From Phyllobates terribilis (taxonomy: Eukaryota): a stretch of DNA of 64,000 bases. Shown here one piece after another: positions 34,982-46,526 of the stretch. The position numbers and the translations under genes were made by a program. The stretch covers positions 304,854,001-304,918,000 of the forward strand of contig NW_027362761.1 of NCBI RefSeq assembly GCF_046119375.1, given 5' to 3'. A model generated the notes under the pieces. The model had not been told where the DNA came from. It was given only the letters and a program-made list of their open reading frames with translations, and made no database searches. Every line of letters begins with the position of its first letter. Position 1 is the first letter of the stretch.

Positions 34982-36575
34982 CAACTACAGTCCAAAAGTT
35001 TGAACACACCTGCTCATTTAAAGATTTTTCTGTATTTTCATGACTATGAAAATTGTACATTCACACTGAAGGCATCAAAACTATGAATTAACACATGTGG
35101 AATTATATACTTAACAAAAAAGTGTGAAACAACTGAAAATATGTCTTATATTCTAGGTTCTTCAAAGTAGCCACCTTTTGCGTTGATGACTGCTTTGAAC
35201 ACTCTTGATGAGCTTTAAGAGGTAGTCACTTCACAGGTGTGCCCTGTCAGGTTTAATAAGTAGGATTTCCTGCCTTATAAATGGGGTTGGGACCATCAGT
35301 TGTGTTGTGCAGAAGTCTGGTGGATACACAGCTGATAGTCCTACTGAATAGACTGTTAGAATTTGTATTATGGCAAGAAAAAAGCAGCTAAGTAAAGAAA
35401 AACGAGTGGCCATCATTACTTTAGGAAATGAAGGTCAGTCACTCCGAAAAATTGGGAAAACTTTGAAAGTGTCCCCAAGTGCTGTTTCAAAAACCATGAA
35501 GCGCTACAAAGAAACTGGCTCACATGAGTACCGCCCCACGAAAGGAAGACCAAGAGTCACCTCTGCTTCTGAGGATAAGTTTATCCGAGTCACCAGCCTC
35601 ATAAATCGCAGGTTAGCAGCAGCTCAGATTAGAGACCAGGTCAATGCCACACAGAGTTCTAGCAGCAGACACATCTCTACAACAACTGTTAAGAGGAGAA
35701 TTTGTGCAGCAGGCCTTCATGGTAAAATAGCTGCTAGGAAACCATTGCTAAGGACAGGCAACAAGCAGAAGAGACTTGTTTGGGCTAAAGAACACAAGGA
35801 ATGGACATTAGACCAGTGGAAATCTGTGCTTTGGTCTGATGAGTCAAAATTTGAGATCTTTGGTTCCAACCACCGTGTCTTTGTGCAACGCAGACAAGGT
35901 GAACGGATGGACTCTACATGCCTGGTTCCCACAGTGAAGCATGGAGGAGGAAGTGTGATGGTGCTTTGCTGGTGACACTGTTGGGGATTTATTCAAAATT
36001 GAAGGCATACAGAACCAGCATGGCTACCACAGCATCTTGCAGCGGCATGCTATTCCATCCGGTTTGCGTTTAGTTGGACCATCATTTATTTTTCAACAGG
36101 ACAATGATCCCAAACACACCTCCAGGCTGTGTAAGGGCTATTTGACCAAGAGGGAGAGTGATGGGGTGCTACGCCAGATGACCTGGCCTCCACAGTCACC
36201 AGACCTGAACCCAATCGAGATGGTTTGGGGTGAGCTGGACCGCAGAGTGAAGCCAAAAGGGCCAACAAGTGCTAAGCATCCCTGGGAACTCCTTCAAGAT
36301 TGTTGGAAGACCATTTCCGATGACTACCTCTTGAAGCTCATCAAGAGAATGCCAAGAGTGTGCAAAGCAGCCATCAAAGCAAAAGGTGGCTACTTTGAAG
36401 AACCTAGAATATAAGACATTTTCAGTTGTTTCACACTTTTTTGTTAACTATATAATTCCACATGTGTTAATTCATAGTTTTGATGCCTTCAGTGTGAATG
36501 TACAATTTTCATAGTCATGAAAATACAGAATAATCTTTAAATGAGAAGGTGTGTCCAAACTTTTGGTCTGCACTG
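34982..36575 (+). mobile_element. Near-intact Tc1 element
   Basis: TIRs CAGTCCAAAAGTTTGAACACACCT / AGGTGTGTCCAAACTTTTGGTCTG; transposase 35370-36414 with VLWSDE, QQDNDPKH, SPDLNPIE and one frameshift near 35960. Confidence 0.93.
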
Positions 36576-37259
36576 TACATTCAGCCTTTTCCGATATTTC
36601 TTTCCTGAAATCTTTTGGGGGAGGTTGGCTTAGGAATGATTGTTGGTTTCAGATGACTAGGAGAGTTGCTTCAATTGTACCTGCGGCACATATGATCCCC
36701 AACATATTTATATTACCAGATAACAGAGCTAGTAAATAGAACTATTATATTTCTTGTGTCTGCTGTACATAGAATAAACTCTGCAATGACCCCTGATGTG
36801 TATTCGAGCATGGGAAACAATTGTTCAATCAAAAGGAGTTATTTCACAAAGGAAACCTTTCACCGTAACTCGTAAGTCATTGGGATGGAGCAAGTATATT
36901 CAGAAGGCTCAGGAGATGACCACTCCACACACAGGGCAGCTGTCGACTGATATATACAAGCCAGAACCACCTCTAACAGCAGCTACCAGAGCTAGCTTGG
37001 ATCACTGCCCAAAGGGACTTAAAAAAAAAAATGGCCCCAACAAATATTGCATCATACATTTTCTCCCCATTCAAAAATAAATATGCATGCTTGATCTAAC
37101 AGCATCTGTAGAAGTCCAATCAAAAGATAAAATAATTTTATCCAAAAGGCAAATAATATAAAAAAATAAATGGAAACACCAGAATCACTTTTCAACAGGC
37201 AACCCCATCCCCCCTCCAAAAAAAAAAAAATAAAATAAATGCAATGCAGAGAGCTCTAA

Positions 37260-38071
37260 GGCTGCGTGCCCACGTAGCGTTTTGCAAGCGTTTATGCTGC
37301 GGAATTTCCGCAGTGTAAACGCTTGTGAAACGCTAGGTAATCCGCACCCCATGGTCCCCAAGGGGATTCCGCATGTTCTATGCACATGCTGCGGATTTTT
37401 CCGCAGCGTTTATGCTGCGCTCAAAAATCCGCAGCATGTCATTTAATTTTGCGGAAGCGCACCGGAATGGCCGCCATTGACTAGCATTGAGACGCATAGA
37501 ATGCGCGTCTGTACATTTGACAAGCGGATTCTATGCGTCTCTATGTGCGGATGGTACCCAGTTCTGGAGGAGAGAAGACTCTCATCCAGACCTGGGTACC
37601 ATTGTACCTGTAAAAAAAAAAGAATAAAATAATAAATAAAGTTTATACTCACCTGTCCGGCGTCTTCTCTCTGCATGCCGGCAGCGCTGAAGGACCTTCG
37701 GTGACATCACAGTCATGTGACTGCAGGCCCTTCACCGCTCTGTCTCGCGATATGCCGGCAGCCGGGAACCAGACAGGAACGAGCGCTGCAGCCACGCCGG
37801 GCATCGGGGGTGAGTATAGCTTTATTTTATTTTTACGGTTCACACTGTATAAATCCATGCTGTTTGCATGGATTTATACAGTGTGACCTAGTTGTCAAGC
37901 ACTTTCCAAGTGATGCTATCGCCTGGAAAGCGCTTGTCAATCTGCATGCGGAAACGCATGTGGATCCGCATGTATTCTGCAGGAAAAACGCATGCACAAT
38001 CAGCATGCGTTTTTTCTGCCAGGGAGATGCAGAAATTTTCTGCTTCATTTCTGCATCGTGGGCACATAGCC
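37260..38071. mobile_element. Long Harbinger-like MITE
   Basis: TAA|GGCTGCGTGCCCAC ... GTGGGCACATAGCC|TAA. Confidence 0.85.
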
Positions 38072-39281
38072 TAAATGTTAATGTACCTAAAAATAGTATC
38101 AATAAGAACTACAGCTCAGCACACAAAAAACAAACAAAAACGGCCTTTGTACAGCTCAATGGACAAAAAATATATAAAGTTACGGTTTAAAAAAATTTGG
38201 TTAATTTCTTTTGTTTACAATTTCTGATTTTATTTAAGCCAGTATAATTATAAAACATACAAATTCACATTTCTGACAGATCACTTCGCATTGTGTTGAT
38301 TTTTGGATATTCCTATGGATGAAAAAAAAAAAAAAAAACAATTGACAAATGAGCATTCAGTCGGCCATACAAATAACTGTCAGCTGACTGACCATTCGGC
38401 CGCCAGCTGTGTGTCCTGACCCGCTCATTATGCAGAAAAGCGGAGCAAGGTACCGCCAGAATCACCTAGTTGTGGAATATCTCTCCGCAGAAGGGATCGG
38501 ATTATTGAATTCCCACCGCCTGATCCTTACATCTCCTCACTTAATTTGTCAGGCGACAATCAGAGCCCCCAACTCTCCATACACATGAGCTGGGCAGCCT
38601 ACTTTTATTTAATACACAAGGGGGGTCTTTATCATGCCCCTTTATCATTGGGGTGACTTCACACAGCGTTGCCTTGTACAGCGATGTTACCCAAACCCTA
38701 GTGACATGAGAAATGATAGAGATGAGCAAACATTTACAGGCGCTGGTCCAGCGTCCACTTTGGTACGCTGGCAGCCGGACCAGGGACCTGTGAAGACTCC
38801 TAGGTTGGCACTCGAATACCGGGCGCCTCTGGGGTTTTATAAGGCCCCTGCAATGTCAGGATGTGACTACGCGTTGCAGGGGTCTTGTAAACGCCAGAGC
38901 CGCACTGTGTGGAAGAAGTTGGCAGCACCCTGCTCCGGCCGCCATGGACGCTGGACAAGCTAGTGTGGAGCTCATCTCTCTGGCAGGCTCCCAGCAGGGT
39001 AGCGGGATGGCACAATTCTAGAGGAAAGAAAAAGTGCACAATTTACATATTAAAAAAAAGCCACCGCTAAGCTAAAATGTCATTTACTCTTCTATACAGG
39101 TAGGACACAGCTCCAGCACCGCAGTATGAGGAGAGCGGGACCCTTCTGGCCCCTTCAGGGACTATATATAGGGCCCTCTCCACATCCCCCATTACATCAC
39201 GTACTGGGGCACACGCCAGTCCTCACATAGAGCCAGGCAGAAGCAGAGGTCGGAGCCCCATCACTAGGGCCCTGCTGGCCG

Positions 39282-39802
<521 letters not shown>

Positions 39803-39877
39803 ATGTGGCTGCAAATGGCAGGTGGGCGCTGCTGGCGGATGGCAGAGTTCAAGCGGCTCCTGTCACTGCAGAGTAAG
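39803..39877 (+). CDS. gatc: Glu-tRNA(Gln) amidotransferase subunit C, exon 1 (presequence)
   Basis: MWLQMAGGRCWRMAEFKRLLSLQSK; donor AAG|GTAAAA, phase 0. The exact start Met is inferred. Confidence 0.75.
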
Positions 39878-39955
39878 GTAAAAGCACGTCAGGTAAGCAG
39901 TGTATCACTAGCAGGGAGCAGCAGGCCTGGTCACCATGTGGAGGTTCTCTTTCAG

Positions 39956-40003
39956 GTACCACACAGTCCGACTTGGAGCATTGAAGCAGACACAAGCAAG
40001 CAG
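39956..40003 (+). CDS. gatc: gatc exon 2 (48 nt)
   Basis: Acceptor TCTCTTTCAG|GTA; VPHSPTWSIEADTSKQ; donor CAG|GTAATA; phase 0 on both sides. Confidence 0.7.
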
Positions 40004-41924
40004 GTAATAGCATCCTTATCAGACCACCCTCCATCATAACCTGGGCATGGACACGAGGACGGACGAATAATGCACAGCCATACATGTAGCAGAGCCTAGC
40101 TTGTTATTTAAAGTGATCGTCCAGTAGTCACCTCAGTGTGCTCAATAACATGAAAAATAATCCAGAATTACTTCCTGGACTGCTGCAGCCAATCAGTATT
40201 TTATCATCTTTGTCTGATTCTGCTGGGGAACAAATTGTGATTTGTTGTTTATGTCAGGAGAGCAGCTGGGAGCAGAGCAGTGGCACTGGGCTGGGAGGCA
40301 AGGATTGTTTGTCTCTTTTTATCTAGCAATCTGGGCCATTAATACAGTGTTGCCCAAAAGTGGAAAATTCCTAAAAGGGTTTCTCCCAAAAAAGTAATAA
40401 AGTGGTCCCGTCACATAATTTAAATGGCAGTGTTTCCTAGTCACTTGTCAGGACGGGCTGCAGTCAAAAGAAACACTGCTCCCAAGACCTGTGTCTCAAC
40501 TGACAGAGGAGCTGTATCGTAAGCACATACTGCGCTTTTCCGGTAGCTCACTAGTGTAACAGGAGAAATAAATCTCCTTGGCTGACTGACTGAACACAGA
40601 GGACTGGTGCTGAAGAATAAAATCCTTTGTGCTCAGTCAGCCGAGAAGATTTATTTCTTCTCATTGGCACATTCAAATAGGCCAACTAGAAAAAAATGTA
40701 TCTGGAGGACTTCAAGAAATATCTCGCATAGCAAAATAACCCCCCAATAAGAATAGTCTTTATTGATATTTAATTCTAAGCTAAAAAGTGATAACAATAC
40801 CCCAAAAACAAATTCAAAGGGAGGGAGGGATGAGAGAAGGAAATTTGATACCTGGCACAATGGCCAGAATGAAATCTGTATAATAGATCCATTGGTACGG
40901 TATAGGGCAAAAAGGCAGGACGTAATAGGGAGGGAGCAGAAATCAAACTTTCCCTCAAATGAAACCCTAAATGAATTCTCTAACAGCGGATGTTGGCACC
41001 TGAAAACAAACGCAATATTGGTTCCCCCGCTTAACATAGAATAATAAAGTGCTATAGTACTGAAGACCAATGCAGAAATCCAATAAATAGGGAGGGAAGG
41101 GAGAGGGTAGATCAATCCTAATCCCAAAACTCTACACAAAAGCCAAAAAATAAAGTGAATAAGGTGCAAGCAGCCCAACATAGTTACCATATCACCATGA
41201 TCTCATCAGACGTGCTGATATCCTTGGGGCATTACCCTAATACGTCTTCCAGATTGGAACACCATGTACATACCTCCCGATGAACCAGCTGTTCGGTAGG
41301 GAATTCATTTAGGTTTTCATTTGAGGGAAAGTTTGATTTCTGCACCCTCCCTATTTCTTCCTGCCTTTGCTGCTCTATACCAGGGGTCTCAAACATGCGG
41401 CCCCCGGGCTGACATCAGTGTCCCGGCGCAGCAGCGTATGACATCGCTGCCATGCGCAGATGTCAGCTGCTAGCCTCTGATTGGCTGGCAGCTGACATTG
41501 GTATTGTTGTGCAGAGAGCCGGTCTTTGTAATACAATACATTTCAATTGAATGTGTCCAAGGACGCACATTCAACTGAAATAAAGCGCTGCTGTCGGCGT
41601 CACCTGGACCAGGCCGGGATCGTCAAGGGGTCTGTGGTGCCTGCGGGCTGCATGTGCAGAAAGGACGCTGAGGGAACTGATGACTGGTGAGAAGAATCTT
41701 TTTTTTTTCTCTCTTTTATGTGTATGTGAAGAACGGCACAATAGGGGACCTATCTGCAATATGGGCACCTGGATGGGGCACATTACCACAAGATGTTTGC
41801 CAGAATTACTATATGGTGCTAATTGTAAGAATTTTTTTTTAAAACATCTGGTTATGGAGCTTATTTTTATCCCAAGAGCCATTGATTAAAATGTACTTTT
41901 GTTCGTGGGAAAACCCTTTTAAAT

Positions 41925-42303
41925 TAAAATAGTACCTAGTGCAAATCATGTTAAGGTATACATTAAATTTATTATCCTTATTGATCCCATGTTTAAATGT
42001 ATACCAAGCGATCAGATTGCTATGCTAGTTGAGTCATTCAATTGTATTATACATATGGATAGATCTACATATGTATACAGCTCAAATAGCCTCAAGTTGT
42101 AGAACAATCCCTGATGGTTAGATAATGGACGGCAATCCTTTTGCTCTACTCTAGTTATACAACTTGAGGCTATTTAAGCTGTACACTTATGTAGCTATAA
42201 ATAATGACTCAACTAGTTCAGCAATTTGACTTCTTAGGATACATTTAAACAGTAATTTTAATATGCACCTTAACATATAATTTGCACTATTTACTAATTT
42301 TAA
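41925..42303. mobile_element. AT-rich palindromic TTAA-flanked MITE in gatc intron 2
   Basis: Nested inverted arms such as CAGCTCAAATAGCCTCAAGTTGTA / TACAACTTGAGGCTATTTAAGCTG and CTAGTTGAGTCATT / AATGACTCAACTAG. Confidence 0.6.
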
Positions 42304-43500
42304 TTGAATAATTAAAAGTTGTTTTATGCTGAATTGGTTAAAATAAGTTTTTTGCCTCTGGCTATTGGATATAAAATTAGATAATTCCTACAGATACCAT
42401 TGAGCAATTTTGGTGTGATGAAAATGGCAGCTTGTTCCGGTGGGGGAGTCCTCCAACAGCTCAAATGCCAGAAGAGTAAAATAGTTTCAGAAAAAGACAA
42501 CAATTTTAGAGCTTTTCTTCAATAAATAAGTATATGAAGCTTTGTAGCAACACTCATATGGAACGGAAAATCGTGGTGTCAAGTTATTTTTACGACAAGG
42601 ACTACAAAAAAAATAAATAAATCTGCAATTGCATCATTGCTTTTTTTTCAGATTACATTGCTATTTTTCCCTGTATAGAATTTGATAACCTAAGTTGTTT
42701 CATTCAAAATGGCAACTTTTGCTGCAAAATACAAGCCCTTGTATTGCTATGTTGATGTGGTCAAAAAAAAAAAAGTTATTGCTTTTTTTTTTTTTTTTTT
42801 TTTTTTAAGGGAGAGGATATAGCAAAAATCAAAATTGGCTGCAGTGGGAAGGGGTTTAAGATTAGATGGTATAGTTATTCCAGAGGGCATTTTAAAGGGA
42901 AACTTATTTCTGGGAATGTTATTTACTTGTAAATAGTAAAAAGCATTAGACAGGCATGAGTTTGCCTTAGTGGAGCAGCGGCTCCAGGGAGAGAATTAAG
43001 TTTTATTCACCCTGCAGTTGCTTGCTACCAGTTAGTCACCACTCACTATACAGTGAACACAGCTGTAATCATCCCAGCATGCTCTGCACCCACTATGCAG
43101 CGCAGCAAAGCGTCAGGGTGTGATTACAGTAGTGTTCACTGTATCTGCTTGTACGAGTGGATGGGAGCAGGTGCAGGGAGGGGACAAATTTTTATCCCTG
43201 GTAGTGGATGGTCCTGTAAGGCAGCCAGGTTTTACCCCCTATAGCCACAGGTAAATTATGTTTCTGAACAATGCAGATTGCCTTTAAATGGATCTAATCT
43301 ATTTAATGAGCTTCCACCATTTTTACTCACTTATGGCAGCATACAAGCATGAATAGACCAAGCCAACTTGCCCTTTTTAATCCATATAATTTATTACTCT
43401 TATTCTGTATTAGATCTATCCACCATGCTAATGCAAGTGATTTCAGGAAACCTTTTTTGTTAGACCTATAGAGTATTAAAAATGCATATGTTCTTTTTAG

Positions 43501-43670
43501 GACTGTCATGTATCTGCAGATGTAATTGATCACCTAGAACGACTGGCATTAGTTGACTTTCGCAACCAAGAGGGAGTAGAGCGCCTGGAGAGAGCAATTC
43601 ATTTTGCCAATCAGCTGCACAATGTGAACACAGAAGGTGTTGAACCACTGTCATCAGTGTTAGAGGACAG
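43501..43670 (+). CDS. gatc: gatc exon 3
   Basis: Acceptor TTCTTTTTAG|GAC; [51 protein letters not shown]; donor AG|GTATAA, phase 2. Confidence 0.96.
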
Positions 43671-43946
43671 GTATAATATACAGGGCTATGGAGTCTATAT
43701 GAAATGGACCAACTCCTAAAATATATAAATTGGGCCCATTAGTACAATGCAGGATGTGCTGTAAATGTTTTCATAATTTGGGGAAGTTATGAAATGTCCT
43801 ATAAATGTCTGTTCTGCTCCTTATCCAAGGATCTCGGCTTTTAGTGGAGATGAAGCTGTGCTGCACTTTATGTACATGCTCAGTAGTGACGCTGTGCTGT
43901 GGAGTTGGAGGTTTGGCTTACAGACTCCACAGCCCTGATAGCCTTA

Positions 43947-44799
43947 TACTATGTGCCCACGATGCTGAAATGCTGCATATTTTTTCCGCTTCTCCCTGGC
44001 AGGAAAAACGCATGCGGTTTCTACATGTGTTTTTCCCGCCAGGTAGAAGCGTTTGATAACCCGCATGCAGAAATGCTTGACAAACACTTTTCCAAGCGAT
44101 TTTAGCATCACTTGGAAAAGTGCTTGACAGCTTGGTCGCCCTATATAAATCCATGAAACCGGCATGGATTTATTATAGTAGTGTGACCAAGTTAGTTTAA
44201 AAAAAAAAAAAAATGAATAAGAATGGTTAAAAAATAAAGATTATGCTTACCTTCCAATGTCCTCCCGGTGTTTTCTCTGCTGCGTCTGGTCTCTTGCACT
44301 GCTCACTCTGGTGTGAAGGACCTGCGGTGAAGTCACTGAGTCATGTGATAGGTCACAAAACTCAATGACGTCATGGAAGGTCCTTCACAACACCACGACC
44401 TATAGAGCAGACCAGACGGAGCGGAGAAAATACCGGGAGGACATCGGAAGGCAAGTATAATCTTTATTTTTTTTAGAGTTTCTATGGTACCCAGGTCTGG
44501 ATGAGAGTCTCCTTCTCCAGACCTGGGTACCATCTGCACATTGAACCGTGTGATATCCGCTTGTGCAGATGCAGTGATGCGGATGTCACGCGGTCCAATG
44601 CAAGTCAATGGCAGCGATTACGCTGCGTGTCCGCAAAATTAATGGACATGCTGCGGATTTTTGAGCGCAGCATGGGCATTGACATTGCAGCTTGTCATTG
44701 GGGACCATGGGGGATGGATTACCAAGCGTTTCCCAAGCGTTTACACTGTGTAAATTCCGCAGCATAAACGCTTGAAAAATGCTTTGTGGGCACGCAGCC
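43947..44799. mobile_element. Long Harbinger-like MITE in gatc intron 3
   Basis: TTA|TACTATGTGCCCAC ... GTGGGCACGCAGCC|TAA; directly preceded by the hAT MITE at 43681-43937. Confidence 0.8.
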
Positions 44800-44859
44800 T
44801 AAGTAGTGTGTCCTCCAACCTACCAGAAGAGTTAACTAAAAATCCTGCTTCTATTCTAG

Positions 44860-44963
44860 GACACTTTATATGAGAAATGATGCAGTCACAGCTGGGAACT
44901 GTACAGAACTACTACTAGAAAATGCGAAGACTGTTGTTGAAGATTATTTTGTAGCACCTCCCG
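44860..44963 (+). CDS. gatc: gatc exon 4
   Basis: Acceptor CTATTCTAG|G; TLYMRNDAVTAGNCTELLLENAKTVVEDYFVAPP; donor CCG|GTATGC, phase 1. Confidence 0.95.
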
Positions 44964-44967
44964 GTAT

Positions 44968-45020
44968 GCATATATAATACATCTATATCTATATATAATA
45001 CATCTATATATAATACATCT

Positions 45021-45072
<52 letters not shown>
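44968..45072. repeat. Compound (TA)n / (TATATC)n microsatellite in gatc intron 4
   Basis: Visible ATATCT and AT runs ending in AC repeats. Confidence 0.85.
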
Positions 45073-45075
<3 letters not shown>

Positions 45076-45123
45076 TCGTATAATTGTGTAGAGGAAGCTG
45101 ATTATATTCTTATGTACCAACAG

Positions 45124-45194
45124 GAAACATTCCTTTGCCACCCCAGGACCACGTATACCTCTCTTCCAGCAGTGATGATCAGGGACTCGTGTGA
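45124..45194 (+). CDS. gatc: gatc exon 5 to stop
   Basis: Acceptor ACCAACAG|GA; GNIPLPPQDHVYLSSSSDDQGLV*. Joined CDS is 468 nt = 155 aa. Confidence 0.88.
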
Positions 45195-45228
45195 AAACAA
45201 AGAATGCCGCACTAAGAAATCTCACTGT

Positions 45229-45260
45229 TTTATTAGGACAGCTACAGATGTTTATTTTAT
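45229..45260 (-). terminator. Candidate srsf9 poly(A) signals (two AATAAA on -)
   Basis: TTTATT on + at 45229-45234 and 45255-45260. Confidence 0.5.
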
Positions 45261-45279
45261 TCAACTGAAACACTTTCAT

Positions 45280-45285
45280 AATAAA
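45280..45285 (+). terminator. Candidate gatc poly(A) signal AATAAA
   Basis: First AATAAA after the gatc stop. Confidence 0.5.
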
Positions 45286-45701
45286 AGGAAACACATACAA
45301 ACTTGATCGGGGATTAAAAGTTATTTCAAATAATATTGTTCTAACAAATTTGTGGGAGTAGATCTATATAGAAGACAAACATTGACATTCCCTTATGTTT
45401 GTCTCCGTGCCACAGCATTCCACCTTGTTATATCCCGTATACCTATCACTCACTGCACACTTACTCAAACATCAGATCAGGCACAATACTGTCTGTTGCC
45501 TTCTTAAAAGATGACAGAAATTGAAAGAAACCACAAACATCTGATGTACAGAGCACAGGTCTCCTAAAAAAATAAAAACAAAACGTAATACGGGCAGAAA
45601 ATAATGGTATAAAAGACAGTTGATGAAATCCATCATTTGTGGAATGTAAGAGCAGATGGTCTTCAGAATTAAACGCATAGAAAGTGTCCCTGCGTGGCAG
45701 C

Positions 45702-45839
45702 TCAGTACTGTCGGAAGGGGGAGGCATAACGGGGGGAACGACGACTTTGATAGGGAGAATCACGGCCTCTAGAGCGGGATCTGGATCGGGAATAGCTGGC
45801 ATTTCTTTCAGCACAGACACGGATGTAAGATGTTTCACC
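45702..45839 (-). CDS. srsf9: Serine/arginine-rich splicing factor 9, exon 4 (RS domain) to stop
   Basis: Acceptor TTCCTTTCTAG|GGT; [45 protein letters not shown]. Confidence 0.96.
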   Translation of the reverse strand, partial: GETSYIRVCAERNASYSRSRSRSRGRDSPYQSRRSPRYASPFRQY

Positions 45840-45920
45840 CTAGAAAGGAATATCAATCATTAACTTACTCTTTCTGTACAATGATTTACAATATAAGCAA
45901 TTACATCTAAGCAGTCTTAC

Positions 45921-46093
45921 TTCATGAGAACGAAACTTTGTATCATCCAGCTTCCTCAAAGCATATTCCATGTCTTCCTTGCGAATAAACTCCACAATGC
46001 CCATTCCATCCTTGTGTACATCAGCATAACAGACATCTCCAGCTTCTCTCATGTGATCCTTCAGATCCTGCCAACTCCCCGATGGGGGAAGCC
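45921..46093 (-). CDS. srsf9: srsf9 exon 3 (RRM2 with SWQDLKD)
   Basis: Acceptor TTGTTTCAG|GG; [25 protein letters not shown]...KFRSHE; donor GAA|GTAAGA. Confidence 0.97.
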
Positions 46094-46269
46094 CTGAAAC
46101 AATAGAATTAGATTGCTTTTATAGGTGTAGAAAGGAACAGAGGGTTGCTACAATGGGAATATAGGTAGATGCCAAATAAGAGGAGGGAGAAAAAGATGAC
46201 TATCTACATGGCAACCAGATGCACTCACATTCACTTGTATGCTACAATAATTAAGTAATTTGCACTTAA

Positions 46270-46526
46270 AGGGACTTTGTCAGCACAGAATGACTGTTTA
46301 AACTAAGTCCCATTGCTTCACGGCGGGGCCAATCATTTATATACATTCCCACATGCTTGTTCTCCCTTCTCTCCTCCACCACCCCCTTATTTGATTGAGA
46401 GCTCTGGTGAGAAGGGCAGAGATAGAGGGAAAACAGGCAGGTGGGAAGGTGTATATAAATGATTGGCCTCGCTGTGAAGCACTGAGCGCCTGTACTTTCA
46501 ACAGTCACTCTGTACTCAGACTCCCT
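46270..46526. mobile_element. TTAA-flanked MITE; relatives near 34300-34600
   Basis: TTAA|AGGGACTTTGTCAGCACAG ... TCAGACTCCCT|TTAA. Confidence 0.65.

Noticed and set aside
40651-41190. 179-aa hydrophobic ORF as a nested membrane-protein gene
   Set aside because: The hydrophobicity follows from T-rich composition. There is no recognisable family or splice structure; at best it is an old LINE remnant.
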